From assembly GCA_964415615.1 (NCBI GenBank), contig CAYQAW010000003.1:30788-94787 (forward strand): a stretch of 64,000 nt of DNA, given 5' to 3'. A model generated the notes under the pieces. It had not been told where the DNA came from and did not search any database. It worked only from the letters and a program-made list of their open reading frames with translations. Of the stretch, positions 38,338-49,073 are shown in pieces. How positions within the stretch are numbered: the first letter of the stretch is position 1; the number at the start of each line of letters is the position of its first letter. A program made the position numbers and the translations under genes. Source of the stretch: an uncultured Gammaproteobacteria bacterium. GTDB lineage: Bacteria > Patescibacteriota > Microgenomatia > Daviesbacterales > UBA10151.

Positions 38338-40319
38338 TGATAAATATTTTTTTACAAATTCCTCTGGGGATAATTTTTTTAATTCTAGCTTTATTTTGCT
38401 TCACTTTCTCTGGTTTTCTAATATTGCGGAAATTTCTTAATGATTTAGATGACTTGGAAAAGTTTACCCTTTCCTCGGTCTTTGGTTTGGTAATATTTAC
38501 ACTGTCTGCTTATGTTTTAGCTGCATTACATCTTAGATTTTTGATGTGGGTCTTTCCAGTTGCAGGATTATGGACACTCGTAAAATATAAAAAAGAACTT
38601 ACTTTTAAACTGAAAATTACTCATAAAATTATTTTTCTTTTAGTGTTTGTTATAGGGGTAATTGGTATGGTTGCAGTAAATGCACCATCCGGTTTTTTTT
38701 ATAAGGATGGGATTTATTTTTACAGTTCTCATGGACATGATGGGGTTTGGCATCTTGCTTTGATGGAAAGTTTGAAAACTTCCAACTTTCCTTTTCAAAA
38801 CCCTGAACTGGCTGGATCAAAATTGCAAAATTATCATTTTTTTGTTGATCTCTTAATGTCTGAGTTTTCTAGGGTTTTTAATTTTTCTTCTTTGGATATC
38901 TACTTTAGATTTATGCCAATTGTATTTGCTACTCTTTTAGGATTTGGAAGTTTTATATTTGTGAGATGTTGGAGTAAATCTGAGATTGCAGGGATCTGGG
39001 CTATGATACTAACTTACTTTGCAGGTAGCTTTGGATACCTGTTATATATTCCAACACACAAGAGTTTAGGGGGGGAATCAATATTTTGGGTATCACAAAC
39101 TCAATCGGTTTTAGGGAATCCTCCACATGTCGCAGCCTTCATTATTGTAACGGCATTCCTGTTTTGTCTTCTAAAATATTTAACAGGCAGAAAATTTGTA
39201 TATTTTATACTTTGTGCAATTTTGGGTGGGTCAGTTATTGAATTTAAGGTTTATGCCGGAGTGTTAATTTTGGGAGGGCTTTTGGTAGCAGGAATTTATG
39301 ACTTACTGATTAAAAAAGTATTTAAGACTATGTTGCTCTTTTTGGTAACACTGATTATTGCATTGATGATTTATTTACCAAACAGTCAAAATTCACAGGA
39401 TTTTCTGGTTTGGCAGCCGTGGTGGTTTATCAGGACAATGGTAGTGGCTACGGATAGACTCAATTGGTTGGATTTGGAATTGAGGAGACAAACATACATA
39501 GCGGAGTTAAACTGGAAACGTGTTATACAAGTTGAGACAACAGCATTTTTAATTTTTCTGTTTGGAAATTTAGGGATGAGGTTTTTAGGGTTTTGGACTT
39601 TAATCAGAAAGATTAAGGATTACCGGCAAACTTTTAACATATTTTTTGTTTTTATTACTATGGCTTCTTTTTTGATTCCGGTGTTTTTTCTGCAGAAAGG
39701 GGTGGCTTGGAATACGATCCAATTTAACCAATACTTCTTATTATTATTTGGGTTTCTGGCAGCCATCTCAGTAGTGGAGCTTTTATCTTTTGTAAAGAAT
39801 AATTCCTTGAAGGTTATAATTTCATTTGTTGTGATTGCGCTAGCAATACCTACCCAATTAGGACTCCTTTGGCAATTTTATTCAAATTATCCGCTTTCAA
39901 AAATTTCCAATGAAGAGATTGAAGCATTAAATTTCCTGAAAAATGAAGGTAATTCTGGCGCTATTGTTTTAACCGCCCCGTTTAATAAATATGAAAGAGA
40001 TAAATACAACAAGCCACCAATACCGATATATGCCTGGTATGATACAGGTTATGTACCGGCTTTCTCCCGGAAACTTACTTTAATTTCAGATGAGGAGCAG
40101 GTTAATATAATGGGGTATGATGTTTCTAAGTTGCTACAGGAAAGAAAAGAAGCTTTTGAAAGTAAGGATTTCCATGATATGAATGCATTTTTAAAAAAAT
40201 ATAATGTTAGTTATATATATCTTGTGTGGAATCAACAAATAGCTACAAGCAGCAGCTATTTAAATGCCGATCTAGTTTTTCAAAATAAAGACGCAAAGGT
40301 ATTTAAGATAAGAAAATGA
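38337..40319 (+). CDS. GT-C membrane protein (HDGxWH subfamily)
   Basis: GHDGVWHLAL, NP..AG..L.NYHFF.D, GGES.FW, FK.Y. Confidence 0.75.
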   Translation: MINIFLQIPLGIIFLILALFCFTFSGFLILRKFLNDLDDLEKFTLSSVFGLVIFTLSAYVLAALHLRFLMWVFPVAGLWTLVKYKKELTFKLKITHKIIFLLVFVIGVIGMVAVNAPSGFFYKDGIYFYSSHGHDGVWHLALMESLKTSNFPFQNPELAGSKLQNYHFFVDLLMSEFSRVFNFSSLDIYFRFMPIVFATLLGFGSFIFVRCWSKSEIAGIWAMILTYFAGSFGYLLYIPTHKSLGGESIFWVSQTQSVLGNPPHVAAFIIVTAFLFCLLKYLTGRKFVYFILCAILGGSVIEFKVYAGVLILGGLLVAGIYDLLIKKVFKTMLLFLVTLIIALMIYLPNSQNSQDFLVWQPWWFIRTMVVATDRLNWLDLELRRQTYIAELNWKRVIQVETTAFLIFLFGNLGMRFLGFWTLIRKIKDYRQTFNIFFVFITMASFLIPVFFLQKGVAWNTIQFNQYFLLLFGFLAAISVVELLSFVKNNSLKVIISFVVIALAIPTQLGLLWQFYSNYPLSKISNEEIEALNFLKNEGNSGAIVLTAPFNKYERDKYNKPPIPIYAWYDTGYVPAFSRKLTLISDEEQVNIMGYDVSKLLQERKEAFESKDFHDMNAFLKKYNVSYIYLVWNQQIATSSSYLNADLVFQNKDAKVFKIRK

Positions 40320-41920
40320 AAAAGATAGCAGCAATATTATTTGTAGGTTTTCTGTTAAGGGCTTTTCTAATCACCAGCAGTCCGCCTTCGCTGTATGGAG
40401 ATGAATTGACTATTACGCTGGATGCTTATTCCTTGCTAAAAACGGGGTACGACCAGCTGGGAAACTTTCTACCGCTGACTTTTCCTATGGGGGCTGGCAG
40501 GCCCGCAGGATACGTCTACGCATCTATCCCATTTATAGCAACACTAGGACCTACTGCTTTAGGGGTAAGAGCGCTATCAATACTTTCTGGATTAGGAATA
40601 ATACTCTTGATTTATTTTATTGGTAAAAAACTTTTGTCAGAAAAAGTTGGTTTAATAGCTGCAGGGATTACTGCTGTTTCTCCTTGGGATATTTCTTTAA
40701 GCAGGGGAGGATTTGAAGCTCATTTTGCGCTGTTCCTGGCATTATTAGGAATATACCTGTTTTTACTGGCAAAACAAAAGCCAACATTATATATTTTTTC
40801 CGCTTTGAGTTTTGGATTAACTCTCCATACGTATCCTACTTACAAAGTAAGCTTGTTACTTTTTTTGCCACTACTTTTTTGGTTTGAAAGAGGTTTAAAG
40901 GAAATTGTCAAAATAAAATATTTTTTGGTGGGGATAAGCATATTTATAAGTTTAGGGATTCTGGCGTTAAGCCAGACTTTTCTTGGTGGTTCTGAAAAAA
41001 GATTCTCAGATATAAATATTTTCTCACAAGGGGAATTAAAGAGTAAGATTGAACAAAAAATAATTATAGAAAGACAGATTACCAGTTTACCTAATACTAT
41101 ATCCAAATATTTTCACAACAAATCTCTCGAATATTCGAAAATCTTTATTGAAAACTATCTGCAGAATTTTTCTGTGGATTTTTTAGTTCTACATGGTGAT
41201 AGAAATCCTAGGCATAATATGGCAACTATGGGGGAACTTTATTTTGTAGAAATAATCCTGATTCTTGTTGGATTTTTTAATTTTTGGCAAAGGCAGAAAA
41301 AAATAATTATTTTTCTGCTACTTTGGATTATTTTAGCGCCGATTCCAACTGCTATTGTAGATCTGCCACATGCTTTAAGGAGTTCTTTTATGCTTCCTCC
41401 GCTGATTATTCTAGCTGCATTAGGATTGTTAACTGTTTTAAATTACAAAAATAAAATAATTTTATCTTTAGTATTTTTTCTTTTTGCCATTCAATTTGGA
41501 TTTTTTATACAGAAATTATATTTTCTATCTCCGAATGAGTATAGTAACTTTTGGTCCTATCCGGCGAAATTAGCTTCGGAGATGGGAATTGACAATAAAG
41601 ATAAGTATGATTATATTTTGCTTTCAGATAGGATTGATAACATTGAGTTTGCTTATCCTGTTTATGCAAAAATTGATCCTTTGCAAATTATTTCCCAAAA
41701 TGAGACTAAAAGTGAATTGAACACGTATAAGTTTAAAAAATATGGAAATATCTATATAGGTAATATTCCTGGTGTAAGTATCCAGGAATTTATGACAACC
41801 TTAAGTGGTTCTGCTCTGTATATTGGACCCCCTGATGTATCTAAACACCTTCAAAATTATGAAATGATTAACGGGATCAACGGTTTTAGTGCTTTAGTCT
41901 TAAAAAAGAACGGAATATAA
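40316..41920 (+). CDS. GT-C glycosyltransferase (ArnT/PMT-like)
   Basis: PPSLYGDE...DAYS..KTG.DQ.G..LP, SPW...SR..FEA, PHALR. Confidence 0.85.
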   Translation: MKKIAAILFVGFLLRAFLITSSPPSLYGDELTITLDAYSLLKTGYDQLGNFLPLTFPMGAGRPAGYVYASIPFIATLGPTALGVRALSILSGLGIILLIYFIGKKLLSEKVGLIAAGITAVSPWDISLSRGGFEAHFALFLALLGIYLFLLAKQKPTLYIFSALSFGLTLHTYPTYKVSLLLFLPLLFWFERGLKEIVKIKYFLVGISIFISLGILALSQTFLGGSEKRFSDINIFSQGELKSKIEQKIIIERQITSLPNTISKYFHNKSLEYSKIFIENYLQNFSVDFLVLHGDRNPRHNMATMGELYFVEIILILVGFFNFWQRQKKIIIFLLLWIILAPIPTAIVDLPHALRSSFMLPPLIILAALGLLTVLNYKNKIILSLVFFLFAIQFGFFIQKLYFLSPNEYSNFWSYPAKLASEMGIDNKDKYDYILLSDRIDNIEFAYPVYAKIDPLQIISQNETKSELNTYKFKKYGNIYIGNIPGVSIQEFMTTLSGSALYIGPPDVSKHLQNYEMINGINGFSALVLKKNGI

Positions 41921-41941
41921 TAAAATCTAGGATTAAAATTA

Positions 41942-43177
41942 ATGCTTAAGATATTATCACAGTTAAATTTAACTCGGTTATTCATATTGGCTATTCTAAT
42001 TAGACTTCTCATAATGCCTTTTTACTTTCATCCGGATATTAAAACCTATAACTGGCAAGCATCTTTTTTAAAAAATGGCACGTTCAATATTTATACTTTT
42101 CTGGTAAACAACAAACAGTCACTTCCTCTTAAAGAGGAATTTGTTTATTTTCCTTTAACATACTTTTTCTTGGGGACTTATCAAATTCTTATGACTCCTT
42201 TATTAGGACCTAATTTTGATACCTGGGTTTCAGATGCTTCAGCGCAAGCAGTAGATAGGATAGGAGTTTTCCGTTATTTATTTGTGCTGAAGTTTCCTTA
42301 TTTAATTTTAGATCTGGCTATTCCTTTTTTACTGATTCGTTTTTTTGAAGACATTCAAAAAAAAAGAGCTGTTTTTATCCTGTGGTTATTTAACCCGATA
42401 TCAATTGCTGTAATCTATTTTTTCTCAAATATAGATATTATTCCTGTTACTCTTTCCCTGGTGAGCATATTGTTATTTAGAAATAAGAAAATCTTATTGA
42501 GTGGCTTAATTTTAGGAATTGCCGCGGGTTTTAAGGCTTACCCATTGATTTTGCTACCATTTTTGCTGCTGTTTACAAATAAATTTAAGTCCGTAGTTCA
42601 GATGTTAATCATGTCAATAGGAACATTAATTTTAATTATAGCTCCTTTTTGGTCAAATGCTTTTTTTAATTCAGCTTTAGTATCAGGATTGACAACCAGG
42701 ATTGCTTTTCCCAGTATAAGTTTGGGATTTGGTGAAAGTTTGATGGTGGCGCTAGTAGGATTAACAGCTTTATTTATGGCAGGTTTAACGGAGGAAAATA
42801 TGAAAATAGATAAAATATGGCTTTATATCTTATTGATTTTGCTGACTCTTTTTTCCGGTATTCATTACCATATTCAGTGGTTGCTGTGGATAATGCCTTT
42901 TCTGGTTATTTTATACGTTTTTCAAAAAAGCCTGGGTAAAATTGGTTTTGTGTGGTTGGCTTTAGCATTCATAATCCCAGTACTTTATGATGATAAATCG
43001 ATGAGTATATCTCTGCTTTCCGCAATAAGTCCGTTTTATAACTTGCTTCCTACACCCTTTTTGATCCTGCAGCGGATCTATGACCCATTTCTCTTGCAGG
43101 GAATTATTCATAGTTTGATGTTTGGTATTAGTTTAGTAATGATTTTAAGAAGTTTTAAGTATTTAAAATATGAATAA
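41942..43177 (+). CDS. GT-C glycosyltransferase (GT87-like)
   Basis: HPDI, VYFPL.Y, KFPYL..D, WLFNP, D..P, GFK.YP, H.QW..W. Confidence 0.75.
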   Translation: MLKILSQLNLTRLFILAILIRLLIMPFYFHPDIKTYNWQASFLKNGTFNIYTFLVNNKQSLPLKEEFVYFPLTYFFLGTYQILMTPLLGPNFDTWVSDASAQAVDRIGVFRYLFVLKFPYLILDLAIPFLLIRFFEDIQKKRAVFILWLFNPISIAVIYFFSNIDIIPVTLSLVSILLFRNKKILLSGLILGIAAGFKAYPLILLPFLLLFTNKFKSVVQMLIMSIGTLILIIAPFWSNAFFNSALVSGLTTRIAFPSISLGFGESLMVALVGLTALFMAGLTEENMKIDKIWLYILLILLTLFSGIHYHIQWLLWIMPFLVILYVFQKSLGKIGFVWLALAFIIPVLYDDKSMSISLLSAISPFYNLLPTPFLILQRIYDPFLLQGIIHSLMFGISLVMILRSFKYLKYE

Positions 43178-43844
43178 ACTAGTAATTTTATCCCTCAGTT
43201 TTGTTTTATTGATGGTTTTAATTCTCCCTTTGAGTTTAACTTTACTGATTAAAATAATTCCAGGGGGTATTCAGCCCTCTTTAGGTAATACGGAAAAGAT
43301 ATATGGAGTTATTAGTTTATCGCAAGCATTTATTTCTCCTAAAGATAATCTTACAGGGATTGGTGTTAGTATAAAGAACCCAAATTTTGCAAATAAAAAA
43401 AAGACAACAGTCAGTATATATGATGATGGAAATAGACTTATTAGAACAATTATTCTAAATGGTCAAAATATTGCGGACGGGAAATTTGTAAAAATTTTAT
43501 TTGATCCAATTAAAGATTCTAGAAACAAAAAATTCGTTTGGCTTGTTTCCTCTCCTGAATCTAATTTCGATGATGCATTACAAATTTTTTTAACTGATAA
43601 CCGACCCCAATGGAGTTTAGACCTCCAGGTTAATAATAAAACATCAGAACAGGTTTTATCTTATGTTACTTTGCACAGACCATCAAATTCAACAGAAGTT
43701 TTAGTTGAAGTAATGAGTGGATGGGTAGAAAAGATTAAAGGAGATAACATTTTCTTCCTAATGTATTTTATAGTAATTTTAAGTTTAGCAAGTGTGTTAT
43801 ATTTTCCAAATCTGTACAAAATTATTAGAAAAAATAAGCTTTAG
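43170..43844 (+). CDS. Hypothetical protein with TMs at both ends and an extracytoplasmic beta domain
   Basis: 224-aa ORF coupled to the upstream gene; SQ.F.S..DNL.GI.V motif. Confidence 0.65.
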   Translation: MNKLVILSLSFVLLMVLILPLSLTLLIKIIPGGIQPSLGNTEKIYGVISLSQAFISPKDNLTGIGVSIKNPNFANKKKTTVSIYDDGNRLIRTIILNGQNIADGKFVKILFDPIKDSRNKKFVWLVSSPESNFDDALQIFLTDNRPQWSLDLQVNNKTSEQVLSYVTLHRPSNSTEVLVEVMSGWVEKIKGDNIFFLMYFIVILSLASVLYFPNLYKIIRKNKL

Positions 43845-45773
43845 GGATGTTGTATTTAAATTTACAATGGGTTTTTGGAGATTTGGAAAATAGAGGTAAT
43901 TGGCATTTGTTTCCTTAATAAGATCTTCAAAAAGTTTTGGATCATCTACAGAAAAAAGTCGTCCTGCAAGTTCCTTCCGTTTAAAATATTCGTATCCGGT
44001 ATTGGCAACTTGTTCCTCATCTGCTAAATAAATGCTTCTTTCGCCGAAAGCCCCGACATAAACGGAGTCAGACCAGCCCCAGATTGGAGGAGTTGATTCG
44101 TTTAACACTAAATATTTATTGAAAAGAGGGGTTAAAATTATAGAACTGGGAGGGGTGTTATTTTTCAGAAATATCAATGCTTGTTGCTCGTTAGGGTTAA
44201 TTTTGGCAAAGGCGCTCCTGTGATAAAAGTTTGTTAGTAATCCGATCTGAGTCGGAACCGCCAGTAAAATTATCAATACACAGAAAATAATTTTTATTAG
44301 TTTTGATTTTATTTTTTGACTTAGATTAAATATGGCTTCTGCTGCAAAAAAACCGAGGATTAATAAATAATATTGGAAAAATTGGCTGGTACCTGCAGTG
44401 TCACCTTTTTGAATAAAAAGCATTGGAAAGAGAAAAGAACTTAAAGTAACAGATAACAAAATTTGGTTTAGATAATTACTAAAAAAGCTTTTCAAATATT
44501 TAGACAAAACAACAAAGCCTAGAAACCTCATTCCTAAATTTCCGAAGAAAAATATCAAAAAAGCTTGTAATTCAAGCTGGATGACTCTTTTCCAGTTTGA
44601 TTCTGCTATATATGTCTGTCGTCTAAGTTCCCATTCAATTTTATCAAGCCTATCAGGGGCTACAACTAATGTTCTAATATACCACCAGGGTTCAAAAATA
44701 AGCAGTGATGGTGATTTGGTCGTATTTGGGAAGAAAAGTACAAATGATGCAGCAGTACTAAGGATAAAAAGGAAAAAAAGTTCAAATTTTTTTTCTTTAA
44801 TAATCTGCCAAAGTCCGCATACAGCTAGACTTCCTAAGAGAGTGATTCCGGCGTAGACTTTAAAAGACATCAATGTACCACCAAGGAGAACTAAAGAAAA
44901 AAAGAGATATTTGTTTCTTCTTTCCAGATAAATACTGAAGAGATAAAAAAAGGCCAAAAGTAGAATCAGGGCGCTGATTTGAGGTGGATTACCAATGGTG
45001 CTTTGCGGTTGAGATGACCAGAAAATACTTTCCCCTCCGATTGTTTGGTTTTTTAAGAAGGTAAGAATATATCCAAAACTTCCTGCAAAATCTGCGAAAA
45101 TAAATGACCAAAATCCTCCCCAAAATGACCCGGTTAACTTTTTGCCTAATAGATATGCAAGGCTTCCAAAAGAAACTGCATAAAAAAACGGTAAGAAACG
45201 GAAATAAAGATCTAAGAAAGATAATTTAAAGAGATAATGAAAGTACATTGGTGCTAAATCAGAAAAGAAATGGTAATTAACCAGTCTTTCTTCGGCAAAG
45301 GCTGGGTTTTGTATTGGCCATCCCTTTTCCATTTGACTCATTAAGGCAATATGCCAAGATGCATCATGTGCGTGAGAAGACCAGAAAAGTATATCACCGT
45401 TAATTTTTATACCACTTGGTGCGATAATCAAAAGTTGCATAATAATTCCAGTAATAAAAATTGGAGCAAAAAGAGTAAGTAGTTTTTTGGGAAGCAGATT
45501 AATTTTTGTTTGATAGAATTGAGGTATTTTAAAAGATATAAAAATAATGACTAGATAAAAAGGAAGCACCAAAAATTTTAAATTTAAGACCAGGAAGATA
45601 TATCCCAAAAGAGTAAATGTTACCCAGCCCAGAATTGTCCCTAGAATGATTTTTTCCCAAAAAGATAATTTAATTTGCGATTTTTCCAGCAAAGCAGCTC
45701 CGGGAACTGTAAAGAATACTAGAGAAAGAAATAAAAAATATATGAGCTGGATAATCATTACAACTTGATGCAT
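43797..45773 (-). CDS. GT-C membrane protein (HDxxWH subfamily)
   Basis: HAHDASWH, NYHFF.D, GGESIFW; shares ELRRQTYIAE.NWKRVIQ with 38337 gene. Start placed at ATG 45773 (alternative 45758). Confidence 0.75.
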   Translation of the reverse strand: MHQVVMIIQLIYFLFLSLVFFTVPGAALLEKSQIKLSFWEKIILGTILGWVTFTLLGYIFLVLNLKFLVLPFYLVIIFISFKIPQFYQTKINLLPKKLLTLFAPIFITGIIMQLLIIAPSGIKINGDILFWSSHAHDASWHIALMSQMEKGWPIQNPAFAEERLVNYHFFSDLAPMYFHYLFKLSFLDLYFRFLPFFYAVSFGSLAYLLGKKLTGSFWGGFWSFIFADFAGSFGYILTFLKNQTIGGESIFWSSQPQSTIGNPPQISALILLLAFFYLFSIYLERRNKYLFFSLVLLGGTLMSFKVYAGITLLGSLAVCGLWQIIKEKKFELFFLFILSTAASFVLFFPNTTKSPSLLIFEPWWYIRTLVVAPDRLDKIEWELRRQTYIAESNWKRVIQLELQAFLIFFFGNLGMRFLGFVVLSKYLKSFFSNYLNQILLSVTLSSFLFPMLFIQKGDTAGTSQFFQYYLLILGFFAAEAIFNLSQKIKSKLIKIIFCVLIILLAVPTQIGLLTNFYHRSAFAKINPNEQQALIFLKNNTPPSSIILTPLFNKYLVLNESTPPIWGWSDSVYVGAFGERSIYLADEEQVANTGYEYFKRKELAGRLFSVDDPKLFEDLIKETNANYLYFPNLQKPIVNLNTTSLKLIFSNNFVQIWKI

Positions 45774-45791
45774 AATCATATTATGCATCAA
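45765..45791. promoter_or_regulatory. Perfect 12-bp-arm palindrome; putative bidirectional leaderless promoter/start
   Basis: ttgatgcataat-cat-attatgcatcaa; each strand reads CATAAT-N6-ATGCATCAA in frame with the flanking gene. Confidence 0.65.
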
Positions 45792-47330
45792 AAGGGCATA
45801 AGAAGAATAGGTTTCTTAATAATCATATTTATTCTCCTATTATATATTTTAAAGCAATCTTTTTATTTAAGAAGCATAGGCTATGATCAGATTCCTGAAA
45901 CATTTGTAATATTAGATGAGCGCACAAATGTTTGGCATGGTTTGAGTATTAGACAGACTGGCGTACCCTCTGCATGGTCAAATCTTAATGTTTATATGAA
46001 AGGATTTGGTGGAGAAGTTGATGGATTGAATGTAAAAATAGATGGTAAAAAATCCAACCTTATTAATTTTTCCAGTTTCCCAAAGCCTGGAGTTGCGATT
46101 ACTGAATATGATTTTGGGAGGGGTTTAAGACATATTAGATTTGTCCAACCTTATTTAGATCATCCTCCGGTAGGGGCTCTAATTCTCTCAAGCCTTGTTA
46201 GTCAGAATGTAAAAACATTCTCCGGTCTTCTACCTGCTGATTTCCGGAGAACGAGTCTTTGGTTAGGTGTTGCAACAGGAGTATTGATTTTTCTTCTAGG
46301 ATGGCAGATTTCTAGCAATCCTTTTATCGGTTTGTTAGCGACAGCAATTTACGGGAGCGTGCCAACCTACAGTCTTCTCAGTAGGTATGCCCTCTTGGAA
46401 AACGTTCTCAATCCTGTAATGCTCATAACGCTTAATCTATTGGTTTTTACCAAACCAATTATTGAAAAACATGTTGGACAAAAAGCAGCTTTAGTAAATG
46501 GGATATTAATAGCCGCAGGTATATTTAGTGGTCTGACGGCTTTAACGAAAATTATTGGTTGGTTTATGTTAGTGGTGGGGGTATTACTTTTATACTACTG
46601 GCGGATAGATAGGAAAAGAATTCTATTTTTTGCAATTCCTGCTACAGTGGTTGGATTACTATATTTTGTTTGGGGATTATATTTGGATCCCAAACTGTTT
46701 ACTGATATGATTTTCTATCAAGGCATAGATAGAGGATTTGTAGGATCATTAAATTTTTTAACAACACTTGGAGGAATAAGTATAGCTAATTTTCCTTTTG
46801 ATGGTTGGTGGATTGGAGGATTTTTGGCCCTTTTAATGCTTTCATATAAAAAAGAATATCCTCCGATAATTTTTCCATCGCTAGTATATTTAGTTATGAC
46901 GCTATTGTTGGGAGGAGCTAACTACCCTTGGTATTATATGCCACTTATTCCACTGATGAGTATTGCTACTGCATTACTAATTTGGAGAATAGCTACCCAA
47001 CCTAGTTTTCTTTTGATAATGGTTTTTTTCCTAGTCTATTTTTCCAGCAGTTTCTATTGGGGGTATGGAGTATTTCAAGCAGATAAATTATCAACTAATT
47101 ATATGCAACCACATCAGATGTATCGTTTAATACTGATAGTTTTTCTTTCAGCAGGTCTGGGGTCTCTTTTTTACAACAGCTTTAGATTTAAAAGTCTTTA
47201 TTTGAAAATTTGGTTTATTTTTATGTTAATAGTAGTTTATCAGTTATGGAAATGGAATGGTCAATCAATACTCTTTATACTATCCCATTGGGGCAGATTC
47301 CCGGCATTATATACACCAGGAACTTTTTAA
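45783..47330 (+). CDS. GT-C fold glycosyltransferase
   Basis: LDE...W.G.S, YLDHPP, SR..L.EN, L.K..G, multi-TM. Start placed at ATG 45783. Confidence 0.75.
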   Translation: MHQKGIRRIGFLIIIFILLLYILKQSFYLRSIGYDQIPETFVILDERTNVWHGLSIRQTGVPSAWSNLNVYMKGFGGEVDGLNVKIDGKKSNLINFSSFPKPGVAITEYDFGRGLRHIRFVQPYLDHPPVGALILSSLVSQNVKTFSGLLPADFRRTSLWLGVATGVLIFLLGWQISSNPFIGLLATAIYGSVPTYSLLSRYALLENVLNPVMLITLNLLVFTKPIIEKHVGQKAALVNGILIAAGIFSGLTALTKIIGWFMLVVGVLLLYYWRIDRKRILFFAIPATVVGLLYFVWGLYLDPKLFTDMIFYQGIDRGFVGSLNFLTTLGGISIANFPFDGWWIGGFLALLMLSYKKEYPPIIFPSLVYLVMTLLLGGANYPWYYMPLIPLMSIATALLIWRIATQPSFLLIMVFFLVYFSSSFYWGYGVFQADKLSTNYMQPHQMYRLILIVFLSAGLGSLFYNSFRFKSLYLKIWFIFMLIVVYQLWKWNGQSILFILSHWGRFPALYTPGTF

Positions 47331-47373
47331 AGAAAGCTTGATACTAGCGGGTGTTAGTATTAAGATTTAAGAT

Positions 47374-48264
47374 GTGTCTTCCAAAATATCTGTTGTTATA
47401 AATACTTTAAATGAAGAAAGAAATATAGAACAAGCTATTAAATCCGCCAAATGGGCTGATGAGATTATAGTTTGTGATATGTACTCAGAGGATAAAACAG
47501 TTGAAATAGCAAAAAAAATGGGGGCAAAGGTATTTTCTCATAAGAAAGAGGAGGTTGTAGAAAAGGCCAGAAATTTTGCCTTATCAAAAGCTTCAGGCGA
47601 TTGGGTGCTTGTAATTGATCCGGATGAAGAAATATCTTCCACGTTGGCGGAAAGATTACAACAGATTGCTAGAACTACAAAACAAATAGATTATGCCAGG
47701 CTGCCCCGAAAAAATTTAATCTTTGGAAATTTTCTAAAACACTCCGGCTGGTGGCCTGATTACAATATCAGGTTTTTTAAAAAAGGCTCGGCCAAATGGA
47801 CAGATGCAATTCACAGGCCACCGAAAGTTTCTGGAATAGGTTTAGACCTTGATGCGGAAGAACAATATGCGATTATCCACCACAGTTATATAAGCATTGC
47901 GCAATTTTTGGAAAGGATGAATAGATATACTAGCATACAGGCAGAGGAATTAAATAAGGAAGGATACAAATTCAATTGGAAAGATCTTTTAGAAAAGCCA
48001 CTCAGTGAATTTTTATCAAGATTTTTTGCTATGAAAGGATATAAAGACGGCTTACATGGTTTAGTATTAAGTCTTTTACAGGCTTTTTCTTTTCTGATTG
48101 TTTATTTAAAGGTTTGGGAGATGAATAAATTTATAAAGGAAGATATTAATTTAGAAGACATAAAAATAGAAAAAGATAAATCAGCAGAAAATATCAATTA
48201 TTGGATTAAACATGCAAATGAAACAAATTTTTTTAGACGTTTTTTTAAATTAGGTAAGAATTAA
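47374..48264 (+). CDS. GT2 glycosyltransferase (KdtX/WaaE-like)
   Basis: TLNEE, D..S.DKT, RNFA, IDPDE, GWWPD..IR.F, K.YKDG..G. Confidence 0.88.
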   Translation: MSSKISVVINTLNEERNIEQAIKSAKWADEIIVCDMYSEDKTVEIAKKMGAKVFSHKKEEVVEKARNFALSKASGDWVLVIDPDEEISSTLAERLQQIARTTKQIDYARLPRKNLIFGNFLKHSGWWPDYNIRFFKKGSAKWTDAIHRPPKVSGIGLDLDAEEQYAIIHHSYISIAQFLERMNRYTSIQAEELNKEGYKFNWKDLLEKPLSEFLSRFFAMKGYKDGLHGLVLSLLQAFSFLIVYLKVWEMNKFIKEDINLEDIKIEKDKSAENINYWIKHANETNFFRRFFKLGKN

Positions 48265-48266
48265 AT

Positions 48267-49073
48267 ATGTTAAGCGTAATTATATTAACAAAAAACGAAG
48301 AAGATAAGATAAAAACATGTCTGGAATCTGTCAAATGGGCTGATGAAATCATAGTTGTGGATAGCGGATCCGATGATAAGACTTTAGAAATTGCTCAAGG
48401 ATATACAAAAAAAATACTTAAATTTAAGGATTTAGATTTTGCTTCTTTAAGAAATAACGCGTCTAAAGAGGCAACAGGGGATTGGGTGCTGTATGTGGAT
48501 GCTGATGAGAGGGTATTAGACAGTCTAAGAAGAGAAATAGAGGTTTTAATAACTCTTGATAATTGTTCAGCTTATGCCTTATCACGCAGAAACATTATTT
48601 TTGGTCAAGAAGTAAGTTTTGGCCCTTACAAAAAAGACTGGGTTATAAGACTTCTAAAAAGAGATGATTTTGAGGGCTGGGTTGGCAGAGTCCATGAGCA
48701 ACCCAAATTTAAAGGTAAATTAGGATATAGTAAGAATTCTTTACTCCACCTCACTCACCGCAGTGTAGATCAAATAGTTTTAAAAAGCTTAGAATGGTCA
48801 AAGATTGATGCTAAGTTAAGGTTAGAGTCTAACCATCCAAATATGTCAGGTTGGCGTTTCTTGAGAATTTTTATAACAGAAGTTTTCAATCAGGGAATAT
48901 TACGGAGAGGTTTTTTTAATGGAACAATAGGTGTGATGGATTCTTTGTTGCAAGCATTTAGTTTCTACATGACTTATGTGAGATTATGGGAAATGCAGCA
49001 ATCCAGGCCATTGGATAAAATCTATGAAGATTTAGATCAGAAGCTGATTGAGGATAATTTTAAATATTCATGA
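48267..49073 (+). CDS. GT2 glycosyltransferase (KdtX/WaaE-like)
   Basis: LTKNEE, VDSGSDDKT, RN, VDADE, VHE. Confidence 0.88.
   Translation: MLSVIILTKNEEDKIKTCLESVKWADEIIVVDSGSDDKTLEIAQGYTKKILKFKDLDFASLRNNASKEATGDWVLYVDADERVLDSLRREIEVLITLDNCSAYALSRRNIIFGQEVSFGPYKKDWVIRLLKRDDFEGWVGRVHEQPKFKGKLGYSKNSLLHLTHRSVDQIVLKSLEWSKIDAKLRLESNHPNMSGWRFLRIFITEVFNQGILRRGFFNGTIGVMDSLLQAFSFYMTYVRLWEMQQSRPLDKIYEDLDQKLIEDNFKYS

Noticed and set aside
39478-44632. Recent duplication or gene conversion between GT-C genes sharing ELRRQTYIAE.NWKRVIQ
   Set aside because: The DNA differs at many synonymous positions, so this is protein-level conservation rather than a DNA repeat.
45765-45791. Xer dif site
   Set aside because: It has the gcataa...ttatg core, but the spacer is 5 nt rather than 6, the arms are perfectly symmetric, and it coincides with two in-frame starts. 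Not fully excluded.
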